64,000 bases of DNA from Chrysomallon squamiferum (Eukaryota > Animalia > Mollusca), in contig CM022667.1 of the NCBI GenBank assembly GCA_012295275.1, positions 3,472,001-3,536,000 on the forward strand, written 5' to 3'. The notes under the pieces were generated by a model. It saw nothing but the letters and a program-made list of their open reading frames with translations. It had not been told where the DNA came from and made no database searches. A program made the position numbers and the translations under genes. This document shows positions 25,583 to 37,020 of the stretch, in pieces. Each line of letters starts with the position of its first letter. Position 1 is the stretch's first letter.

Positions 25583-25933
25583 GATATAAAATTAGTGATT
25601 ATAAGCTAGAAAGTAAAGAAAAAAAATGACTAAAAGATATATAATACAGGTAAATAATAAAAATCTACTATGAATATGATATAGAATATATGGTGTAAGT
25701 TAGGAAGCAATTGATATATAATACAGGTAAATAGTAAGTAAGAAAAATTCACTTTATATTAGGTAAATGATGAACAGGAATAAAAGCTTAAAGATGATCA
25801 GTTAATAAAATAAATAAAATCACTCTGGAGGTGTAGTTACGAGATATTCATCTATTCATTTCATAAAACATTTATTTATTTAATATCTTTTCTTTTCTTT
25901 TAATTTTTGTATATATATATATATATAGATAGA

Positions 25934-25981
<48 letters not shown>

Positions 25982-26024
25982 TATTTATTTATTTACTTAT
26001 TTATTTATCTATTCTCTATTACAG

Positions 26025-26075
26025 ACATGGTGATTTTGTTGCATCTACTGAAGAATTATTGACTTTGAAATCACA
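26025..26075 (+). CDS. Candidate 51-nt exon (xHGDFVASTEELLTLKSx)
   Basis: T-rich tract ending CTCTATTACAG|, donor |GTAAGT at 26076, length a multiple of 3, one open frame (phase 2-2). Confidence 0.28.
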
Positions 26076-26529
26076 GTAAGTACTGATTTGTCTGTGCACC
26101 ACACAACAAAGTGTTCTAGAAATTCTAACTTACTAACCTGTTAACTGGTTTACAAGTTTACTTATTTTTTCTTCCATAAAATGCATCATCTTATTTATCT
26201 TTCATCTTCCTTCATTTATCTTACATTCTTTTATACCTCTGTTATTGAGATTTGATTTTTCCATCTGTCGTTTTAGCTTTCGTTCATCTGTCTGTTATGT
26301 CTTTCATTTGTTGTTTCATCTTTCATTCGTCCGTTCCTCTGTCTTGTTTGTTACTTATTGTGATTGAGTAAAACATTTTTGACTTGACAGGTAATTAAGA
26401 AATGTGACAATTAGAGTTCACAAACATCTTCTCCACCTGCTTGTTTTGTTTTAATTGCTGCATAATATCCACATAAAACTACAATGATCAGTTAATAATA
26501 ATGTTAATTATAACGTGATGATTTTACAA

Positions 26530-26627
26530 CCAAACGCACACACACAAACACACATACAACCAAACACACACACAAACACAAACTCCCCCCAAAAGTTAAC
26601 ACATATTCATTCACATGAACATCTGTG

Positions 26628-26675
<48 letters not shown>

Positions 26676-26827
26676 TACACACGCATATATACATAAGTGC
26701 ATATGCACTCACACTCTCACAAACACATACACACCTATGCTTACACATGGACATACATACAGACACACACACACACACAGAGACACACACACAGAGACAC
26801 ACACACACAGACACACACACACAGTCA

Positions 26828-26905
<78 letters not shown>

Positions 26906-26921
26906 GACAGACAGACAGACA
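26530..26921. repeat. Compound (CA)n/(CAGA)n microsatellite
   Basis: Direct reading; explains the six overlapping HT/CV ORFs. Confidence 0.95.
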
Positions 26922-26924
26922 TTC

Positions 26925-27340
26925 TTAACTGCCGGTCAAAGCCGTTGTGACATAACCAGACAGGTCTGATCGTCAGCGTAGCTGTTGCTGCACACCTACT
27001 TGCGATGTTGTGTAAGCCACCACCTCCCCCCACCCCCCCATGCCGGTGTAATTATGCAGGTTAGATCGGAAAAGATAATGGCGCTGGCTTATTATTTTGT
27101 TTTTGCATCACATGTCTGCCATTGTTTCTGATCGATACGCCGCATTGTTGCCAATCAGTGTCGATTTCTGGCGGCCATCATGGTCATGCCATTCTGGGTA
27201 ATTAACCAATTGCAATCTCGACGAAGACAATCTTGCCCGTGAATTATCAAATACTGCTATCTAAATATCAGTGGTAATTTCCCTCATTACACCCTTCAAT
27301 GGAAGCCATGGATACGAAAACACAGCAACTTTGTATGATG
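26925..27340. promoter_or_regulatory. GC-rich regulatory island (CCAAT, Sox-like and YY1-like motifs)
   Basis: GCCAATCAG at ~27150; CATTGTT at ~27120 and ~27144; AATGGCG and GCGGCCATC; C-tract at ~27020-27040. Confidence 0.45.
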
Positions 27341-27559
27341 ATGGTCTTTTTTTCTTTTTTTTTTTTTTTTGGTTAATAATTTTATGTAGTTGTATAGAAA
27401 GTAGAATATGTTGATAATTTGCCCCAGACATGGTTACTAATTATTATTATTACTTTCATTTTTTTTTTTTTTTTTTTTTTTGTTTGTTGTTATAATATGA
27501 TTTTCTTTTTTTTTTTTTAATCTTTAATTTTTGTCTGGATTTCTTTTCCTTTCCTTCCT

Positions 27560-27596
<37 letters not shown>

Positions 27597-28479
27597 TACT
27601 TTCTTTCATTTGAAAAAAGAAAAACAAATTTCGCTTTTTTTTTTTTTTTTTTAAAAAAATAAATAAATACTGTCTGGCTAAATAAATATTTAGATTAGGC
27701 TTTGGAATAATAAGAATAATAACAAGAATAATAATAAGAAGAAGGAGAATAAAAATAAAGAAAATATATCTCTGTCATGTAATCAAACCTTTTCTAACAG
27801 TAACTGATCTTTAAAAAACATGCTGGTATTAGCTAATGGTTCAAGCATGCTTTCATGGTACATAATCCAAAAGCTGGTTTTAATCATCTTACAGCTAGTT
27901 ATAAGTTATTTGTAACTATTCAGGTACATCAATCAATTTATTTAACCCCTAGGTGTCTTATACCATTGACAGAGAGGTCTTACTCCCCTCAAATTCAGAG
28001 TAAAACCTGAACTGGAATATAATCCTACCACTTTTGTTTAGGGTTAAAAAAGCTAAAGGTTAACATGCATGTTTTTTTTTTCATAATATGAAGAATTTGT
28101 CAAGATATTCTCCTTACTTCAAAATAATAATAATGCTTCTTGTTGTTTTTATTTTCTTCTAATAATGAAGTAAAATATTTAAAATTAATATGGGTGCTGT
28201 CTTTTTTCTCTTGTCAAAATGACATCACCATATTATTACTACCAGTCAAAATAAAAACACCCAGAAGAATAGAAATAAAAAGTGTGATGATATCACAGCT
28301 TTGGTACAAACATTTGGTTAATTCGTTATCGGTGTTGATGGATCACCAAGTAACAGGTACAAAGAATTGAACAGTTATTCATCCTGCCTCACACATTTGA
28401 CTGTGTGCATATGTATTTATATTAATAGGTAGGGAATTATAAAGGAATTTATAAGAATTGTTATTCATACAATAAATAA

Positions 28480-28614
28480 TAGATATAGATACAGATGTAG
28501 ATGTAGATGTAGATGTAGATTAGATATATACAGATAGATATAGATTATATTAGACATAGATATAGATATAGATATATAGATATGTGTGTGTGTATATATA
28601 TATAGATATACAGA

Positions 28615-28652
<38 letters not shown>

Positions 28653-28762
28653 GATAGATAGATAGATAGATATATAGATGTGTGTGTGTGTGTATATATA
28701 TATATATAGATGTGTGTATATATATATAGATATATAGATGTGTGTGTATATATATATATATA

Positions 28763-28846
<84 letters not shown>

Positions 28847-28858
28847 TAGATATACAGA

Positions 28859-28890
<32 letters not shown>
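28480..28890. repeat. Higher-order compound microsatellite [AGAT(GT)n(AT)m] repeated ~7 times
   Basis: Direct reading. Confidence 0.9.
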
Positions 28891-29759
28891 CATGAACAGG
28901 TTTAATAAACACAACAAATTAATAAACTCCTTTATATTTCCACATTACAATTTAAAATAATACACATCTAATTATATAGCTCTCTGTCGCTCTATCCATC
29001 TATCTGTCTGTCTATCTATCTAGATAATCTACATATCTGTTATAAGCTACTGCGGGACAAGCTATAAGAATCAAACTGGAGCTGCAATCTGTGTTCATCT
29101 GCGAGCAGACAGATGATAACCGCGAGGTATTGTCTTACAGGGCGTGACACAACATCTCACACCCCTCACAGTTGGAAGCGCTTCACTTTCTGGCACGGTT
29201 CCTAATTAAGCTTCCTGCCCTAGCAGTAGAAGTCTTCAGTGGAGAAAAACATATATATAAAAACAGAGAAAGAAAATAAAATAAAATAAAAGAAAGAGAG
29301 AGAGATAGATCTGCAGTAGAAAGAAGCATCTGCTATTATTTCAAAAACACACACCGAATTGACACTGTACCATTTTATACGTACGTTTGTGATTGGGCAG
29401 AGGGGGTCTATTGATAGATTCTCTACTCAAACATATTGTGCCATTTACCTTTTTTTTTTTTTTTTTTCTTCCCAGTGTTCTTGTTTTTTTTTTTTTCCTC
29501 AGGCTAATAACTCTATTTGGGTTACAAATGAATGTCAGAATAGTGTCAGAAAAGAAACAAAAAAAAATTAAAAACTTTTTATGAACCCACCATTGTTTAA
29601 AAAAAAAAAAAAAAAAAACTTTTTTTGATCCACTGAGGTTGTAAAGAATCCTAAATGAACTGTTTGTTAATGAAAATTACACTCAAGCTTTTAATAAGTT
29701 ATAGCTTTTTTTTTCTTCTTTTTCTTCTTCTTTTTAAAAAAAACAACAACCCATTAACC

Positions 29760-30040
29760 AGTTGTAATTCTTTCTGAATCCATCTATAAGTTATTAAGAA
29801 TCCCGAATCCATCGTACATTACAGAGATTTCTGAATCCAGTGTATGTTACAAAGATTCCTAAATTCTCCACAAATTACAAATATTCTTACATTTACCACA
29901 AGTTACCAAGCTTCCCGAATCTGCGATAAGCAATCAGAATTCCTCAATCTAGTAAAAGTTACAGAGATTTCTAAATCCACCACAAGTTGCAGATTCCTAA
30001 ATCCACGACAAGTTGCAGGTATTTCTGAATTTTACCAATA
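29760..30040. repeat. Old degenerate ~30-bp minisatellite (AGTTACAGAGATTTCTGAATCCAC..)
   Basis: Recurring GATT(T/C)CT(G/A)AATCC cores at ~30-bp spacing. Confidence 0.65.
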
Positions 30041-30349
30041 CAGTACGAAGAAGACTGAGTCTCTGGTTCAGTGGACTGAATGGTCAGTGTATGGCCACTC
30101 ACTGTCCAGTCAGGTGTAAAGGTTTGACTTCTGCGGAGGTCAGGTTAGTTAAAACAGTAGCGGATGACCAACGTTTGTAAGAAAACAAAACAGAAAAGTG
30201 TTGGAGATGAAAATTAATTTCTATCATTTTAGTGATAAACCGAAGTTAGTTCTGTAAAAAGAAAAATGTTAAGAAGACATAAAGAAAACCAACCTAATGA
30301 AGCCCATTTGATGTAAAAATATGTACTAAAAAGAAATTTCAGAGAAAAA

Positions 30350-30570
30350 AACTAGAAAAATCTACTGAAGATACAAACACAGTCTCAAGAAAAAAATTTA
30401 TAAAGAAAGAAAAATCTATATAAGATATAAACATAATATCCATAAAACATTTAAATGAATGAAGAAGAAAAATCTACTGAAGATACAAAACACCATCTCC
30501 ATAAAAAGTTTAAATGAAAAAAGAAGTAAAAAAAAAAAAAAAAATTGAAGATATAAAGACAATTTTTAAA
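30350..30570. repeat. ~60-bp degenerate tandem repeat (GAAAAATCTACTGAAGATACAAA..), ~4 copies
   Basis: Core at ~30355, 30410, 30467, 30540. Confidence 0.7.
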
Positions 30571-31009
30571 AAAACAACAACATTACTGGTATGAAATACG
30601 GTTTTGACAGAAATGTCATCCAGTTGAAATTATCTGTTTAAAAAAGAAAACCTGATCGTTCCTTTATCAGAAGCGACAGTATGAGCACACCAGCAGACAA
30701 CTTCGCACTCAGCTACGCATCCATCTGCAGCTACAGCATCATCGCATGTGTCAAGTCTACTCAGATCACTAGTGATTGCAGGCACTCAAAGTGACTTGAC
30801 TCAGATTAGTTTTGACATAACGCATCAAAAACTTCCTCAATATATATGTTAATACCAGCATGTCCCACTCCTAATCAGAATTAGCAAGACTTTTTTTCTT
30901 TTTTTTTTTTTTTGGGAGTTGCAAGTGGAAAATTTTTAAAATAAAACATACCAAAAAGAAAAAAGAACAGCTTTGCTATTTTTATCAGTTTTATTGGAAT
31001 TGTGCGCTC

Positions 31010-31064
31010 ATGTGTTGTTTTGTTTGTGTGTGTGTGTGTGTGTGTGTTGGTGTGTGATTGTGTT

Positions 31065-31096
<32 letters not shown>

Positions 31097-31118
31097 TCTG
31101 TGTGTGTGTGTGTGTGTG
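31010..31118. repeat. (GT)n microsatellite
   Basis: Direct reading. Confidence 0.95.
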
Positions 31119-31928
31119 ACTCCCTGCAATAAAAAGAGTTTCAACATCTCGTTCAGCATTTTTAGATTTCGAATTATTTTGAAAATATATAATATGTATT
31201 TAAAGTTAAAATAATATTTCTGTTTGTTTCTCATTTGAAATCATCCAGGTACAAACTTTCCTATCGAGTTTGAAGACTTTCATAAAGCCATAAACTTTAA
31301 AATATCCCCAAACTGTTAAAATTAAGCAGAATCATTTTGAAAAACATAACTGTAATAATGGTGACCAAACCTCTGCCTTTGGAGACCTTTTATTGAAACT
31401 GGTCATAATATAAAGACTTGCTTTGTTTTTCACTATTTTTATTAACATACTAATGTTGTCATGTGAAATTTTATCATGTATTATGTAAATGAGATTACCT
31501 GTTAATGATATGTAAAATTATACATAGTAATAAATAAATAGATGCAAAATGATATTGCTCATTTCAATAATTAACCAAGGTTTACTGCAAAAAAATATAT
31601 ATATATATTTTTTCAGAATTTTCTGTTTTCAGATATCTGCGTAGCGTTATATACTGAAAACTTTTCTTAACCAGAGCAGAGATGTCTACACAGCCTTAGC
31701 ATTATTAAAATATATTAAGATTATTTATTCTTGCGAACTCTTATGGAATCAGATCAAAGCAGGTATCTGAATAGAATGAATATTATTTAAATATTTTGTA
31801 AATTAAAATACGTTTTTTTTTCATAATTAGTGGAAAAAAAACAAGATGTTTATTAAATTTTGATGAAGTCCTGATGTTTAGTTCTTTAATTAAATAGAAT
31901 TGTAACACACATGCATGCACACATAACT

Positions 31929-31965
<37 letters not shown>

Positions 31966-31994
31966 TTTGTTAATAATAGATTATTATTAATATA

Positions 31995-32325
31995 TGGTAT
32001 ATAAAAATGTATTTAATATATAAAATATAATTAACATAAAATGTAATTAATGTTTGATATATAAAATATAATTAATCTAAAATGTATTTAATGTACGATA
32101 TAAAACATAATTAATCTAAAATGTAATTAACATAGATATATAAAATATAATTAATGTAAAATGTAATTAATATACGGATATATAAAATGTAATTAATCTA
32201 AAATGTATTCAATATACGCTATATAAAATGTAATTAATATACGATATATAAAATGTAATTAATATACTATATATAAAACGTAATTAACACACAGTGCAAT
32301 TAATATGTGATATATATAAAATATA
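31995..32325. repeat. AT-rich ~40-bp minisatellite of two TAAAAT(G/A)TAATTAA subunits
   Basis: Direct reading. Confidence 0.85.
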
Positions 32326-32644
32326 ACACACGATACTCTGATGTCAGACAGTGTCACATGACAGCACAGACAACAGTAATTAACATCATTCTGATCCAGT
32401 CACGTCAGCCCATGGAACAATAAGTCTTAATCACTTCATGTTTACTAAACCAAGCCTCAATCTGAATTTATGACCATTTATATCAGTTTTCTAGTAATTA
32501 ATGAAAAAGCTTTGCTTTAGTTATTAACTTCATTTTGCTTCAGTCATCTGTCTTCTGTGTATGGTAGTCTAAGCAACAGTTAATGGGAGAAAAAGAAAAA
32601 GGTACTTCTGCAGTATTTAATGACTGTTTATATAATTAATAGCA

Positions 32645-32682
<38 letters not shown>

Positions 32683-32984
32683 CACTCACATTATTTATAA
32701 ATATTATACTTTTTTTGTTCTTTCTTGTTAATCTTTATTTTTTTTTATAATGATTTTGCTTATATCTGTCTAATGTGCTTGCTGGTTTTTTAAGTAGCAT
32801 AATTAACAAACAAGCCAAAGAAAAACAGAAGTCAAAAAAATAAAAAGATACAAAAATGCAAAAAAAAAAAAAAAATACAAAACTAAAACAAAAACAAACA
32901 AAAAATAGTTTAAAAAACGAAAAATGAAAAACAACATAAAATATCACATCTGTGAATATTCTTTATTTTTTTATTTTTTTTTAT

Positions 32985-33018
<34 letters not shown>

Positions 33019-33659
33019 CCTCCCAAACAATGCACTTTCAGAATAATTCCTGATTAATTATTCATTCACGAATCAGCCATTGTTGAACTGATTAAGAAAT
33101 ATATTTTCAAAACAACATCAATTAGTACGTTGTTTTTTTTTTTTTTTTTTATTCTCCGAATGACAGTTAAACACGTAATGATGAAAAACACCCTTTTTTT
33201 TTTTCGTTTTTTCTATTTCATCATTTCCATTTTGAGGTAATTAATCATCGCACTAGATGATCATTAGCTGCTGTTTGATTAATCTGTCGTGCCAAGTTTC
33301 TATTTTTTAAATCATCCTAACGATGTTAGCAGAGACAGTTTTCTTCTATTTGTTTAGTATAAATATAAACACGGATCAAAAAAACAAACAAAAAAAAAAA
33401 AAAAAAAATGCAAAAATGTTTCTCTCACATGCTTGTCTTGTGCTAGTTGAATTTTTGTTATTGTGTAACGCATTCTTCTCCGTAACCCTACAGTTTGGTG
33501 AGAATAAAAGTCATTGTCACTGGTAGGTAGACATAGTGGTTCAGTTGATCAGGTAAGTAAGTGGTTAGCTGATTAGCTGGATCACTGGTTGTCTGATCCA
33601 CTGACCAGGTCCCTGACTGACCAGATGATCAGCTTGACGAGGATCCAGTTTGCTAATTC

Positions 33660-34140
33660 AGTGACTGAGTTACTGGCTGAATTACTGAACAATTAGTGGA
33701 GTTGCTGAGTTAATGGGTGAGTTAACGAGTTATTGGGTGAGTTACTGAGTTATTGGGTGAGTTACTGAGTTATTGGCTGAGTTATTGAATACTTCGTGGA
33801 GTTACTGAGTTAATGGGTGAGTTAACGAGTTATTGGGTGAGTTACTGAGTTATTGGCTGAGTTATTGAATACTTCGTGGAGTTACTGAGTTAATGGGTGA
33901 GTTAACGAGTTATTGGCTGACTCACTGAGTTATTAGCTGTGTGACTGAGTGACTAACCAATGTGTTAGCTGAGTTACTGAGTTATTACCAAAGTTCCTGA
34001 GTTATTAGCTGAGTAACTGAGAGTGACAGATGGAATTACTAAGTGCAACTTAGTGACTGAGTTATTAAGTGACTAACTCAGTTATTGACTAACTAACCGA
34101 GTTACCGAGTGGTTTAACTGAGTTGCTAAGTGACTAACTA
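33660..34140. repeat. 20-bp minisatellite (GAGTTACTGAGTTATTGGGT) with an 80-bp higher-order repeat
   Basis: The variant GAGTTATTGAATACTTCGTG recurs at ~33779 and ~33859; edges are degenerate. Confidence 0.9.
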
Positions 34141-34259
34141 GCAGTCTGACTGACGGTGTTCACTGAATGACCAGCTGGCTGATGATCATCATTTGAGAAG
34201 AACTCAAGACTGCTCACAGTGACGTTACCTAACATAACACATTAACATAAATTACCCGA

Positions 34260-34304
<45 letters not shown>

Positions 34305-35028
34305 TTCTTTTGATATTCTAGAAGTAGGTTTTATTGTCGTGCTGTCTTTGACTACCATAAAGAGAAAATTAAATCTTTCCAGATAGCAGATCTTACATAA
34401 CATTAATACCATCCATGACATAACTGTCATTTCAAACAGGCTTTTTAAAATAATAAGGAAGAATGTGTTTAAAATGCTTTTTTCTTATCCTTTTTAACAT
34501 GTGTGACTGTCAGTGAGAAAGAGATAAAAAGACAGATAGAGAGAGGGAGCATCTGAAAGCTAGACGATAAGGCATTGTCAGAAAGCATGTAAAGACGTAC
34601 GAAGGAATGGTAGGAAGTATGGACAGATGGACAGGATGTTGTCAGAAAGCAATGATTGAAAGTAAGAGAGACAGAAAACGGAAGAAAACGAAGAAGGAAT
34701 AGTTAATATTTCAAAACAAAAAAACTAAATGAAGAATGATTGATTATCAAATTAGAGGGAGAGGGAGAGGGGGGGGAGAGAGAGAGAGAGAGAGACAAAG
34801 TGATAAAATCAGAAATTAGATAAATAATTAAAAAGATACCATAGCATATGTTTTTTTTTTTTTTTACAAATCTTTCAAAACAAATAAACGTAAGAAATTA
34901 AAAAAATGTTTCTTTCGATTTAAAGTTAAGAGGAACAGAGATAATAAGGTAAATGGAAAGACAGTACTGATGGATAAATTATAGATAGAATAATAATATT
35001 GTTAATAGTGTTAGAAAATGAGAGAAAG

Positions 35029-35062
<34 letters not shown>

Positions 35063-35111
35063 TGGAGAACTCTGAAAACTTGAAATGTCTTTATAACTAA
35101 TACTTCAGAAC

Positions 35112-35142
<31 letters not shown>

Positions 35143-35695
35143 TTAAGAATAAAGTACTCAACTGTCAGGCTAAAGAAGAAAAGTGAAAGAGTTTATGATT
35201 AAATTAGAATAATAATATAAGTGTGGGGGAGAATGGCCACAAGAAGTGGAGAGAAAAGGGTATGTGGGGGGTGTTTGTCTTTGCAAAAAAAAAAAAAAAA
35301 AATGAATGTGACCCTCTTTGTGTTACTTATGCCTCTGAAATATCCCAGTACCCGAGCTGATCTGATTGTGACTGCGAAGGTTTGTTCATGATTTTAACAA
35401 TAATTATATTTTAGCACAAGCACAATGGTAAATATTTGTTTAACCTGTATAATGTGGCTTCTTACTCAGGGCCTGTGTAAACGAGGTTTGTGTTACGTAC
35501 ACGTTCCTGTTACCATTCTCAACATGATGAAAGTTGTTTATCAGTATTTGTAATTTCAACCAAAAAATTCTGCACCTTTCTTTAAAGAAATGCTCAATTA
35601 ATGTTAATAATTGTTTAGCAAGGACTGAATTTCAAAGTATTTGATATTGTTAAGAGTTAGTATTTTATTTCTGTTTTATAGTTTTCGTTGATGAA

Positions 35696-35731
<36 letters not shown>

Positions 35732-36494
35732 ATTCTGCCTTATAAAAATCTTTCTTAAATTGATTCCTTGTAAATAAGGAATAATATTATTTAAGGTTAT
35801 TTATCTCTTCTTTTTTTTTAATGCTATTTCTTTTGAAGAAGGATTTATTTTATTTAGTAAAATATTTATCTTTTTTAAATTCTTTTCCTTGCAAAGAATG
35901 AATAATGTCAGTTAGGAATATATATATATATATATATATATTTTTTTAAGGAATAATATAATGTAAACAAGACCTACTATCATTTAGCAATATTTATTTT
36001 TCTTGGTGGCTATAAAGATTAAATCCAAAATATTCTAAATATTCCTTAACTGCTTTTCCTTGCTAAGAATGAATAATATTATTCAGCAGCATCTATCGCT
36101 GTGAATAAGCAGTACGAAACAGGAATATCTGTGTTTGTTGTGTTAAAAGAAAAGTTATCTCCAGTTTTTGACTTTATCGTAATTAATAGTTTTTTTCCCC
36201 CTGTGAAGATGTTTAGAAATATGTTAACGTCTTTCACACTTATTTGTGTGAATGTTGTTGATTCACAAAGTGTAAATATATCATTTTATTGCCCCTGTGT
36301 AATAAAAAAAAAAAAAAAAAAAAACTCATTATGTTTACTGGTTAAGTGTTGGTAGTAGTGTTTCTCTCACTTAATTATGTCTGATTTTATTGTTATTATT
36401 ATTATTATTATTCCGTCTTGTTGTGTTGTTGTTTTTGTTGTTTTTTGGGAGGGGTTGTTTTTAATTCAGTATATTATTTTTTTTTTTTTTAAAA

Positions 36495-37020
36495 TGTCTG
36501 TCTTTCTGCTTCTGTCTCATCCTCTCCGTCTGTCATTCTGTCTGTCTCACTTTCTGTCTCTTTCTCTTTGTCTCTGTCTTTCTCTATGTCTCTCTTTCTG
36601 TCTGTCTGTCTCTCCTTCTTCTCTCTTTCTTTGTTTCTCTTTCTCTCTGTGCCTGTCACTTTCTGTCATTCTCTTTCTGGTTTTTTGTCTCTTGCTTTCT
36701 TTCTGTCTGTCTGTCTGTCAGTCTCTTTTTTATAAGATTTCTCTCTCATTACGTCACTCTGTGTCAGTATCTCTGTTTATTTATGTTTTTCTGACTTTCC
36801 TCTTTCCTTATCAACCCTCCTCCTTTTTATTTTGTTTATGCATGTGCAGTGTGTGTGTTTGTATCTCTATGTGTGTGTGTGTGTGAGTATATGTGTGTGT
36901 GTATTTGTGTGTGTTTGTATCTGTGTGTGTCTGTGTGTGTATATGTGTGTGTTTGTATCTCTATTGTGTGTGTGTTTGTATCTATATTTGTCTGTGAGTG
37001 TGTGTGTGTGTGTGTGTACA
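36495..37020. repeat. (CT/CTGT)n then (GT)n compound low-complexity tract
   Basis: Direct reading; explains ORF 36377..36886. Confidence 0.9.

Noticed and set aside
26504-27033. His/Thr- and Cys/Val-rich ORFs (likewise 28.5, 31, 36.8, 42.8, 50.8-51.3, 54.7, 58.8 and 61.2 kb)
   Set aside because: Translations of (CA)n/(GT)n/(TA)n microsatellites.
27240-27285. AAATATCAGTGGTAATT resembles miR-283/216-family mature sequence
   Set aside because: Has an internal deletion and a divergent 3' end, lies on the 3' side of a too-short hairpin; not a credible precursor.
33494-33552. Exon-like segment with CAG acceptor and GTAAGT donor
   Set aside because: Stops in all three frames; at most non-coding, and no other support.
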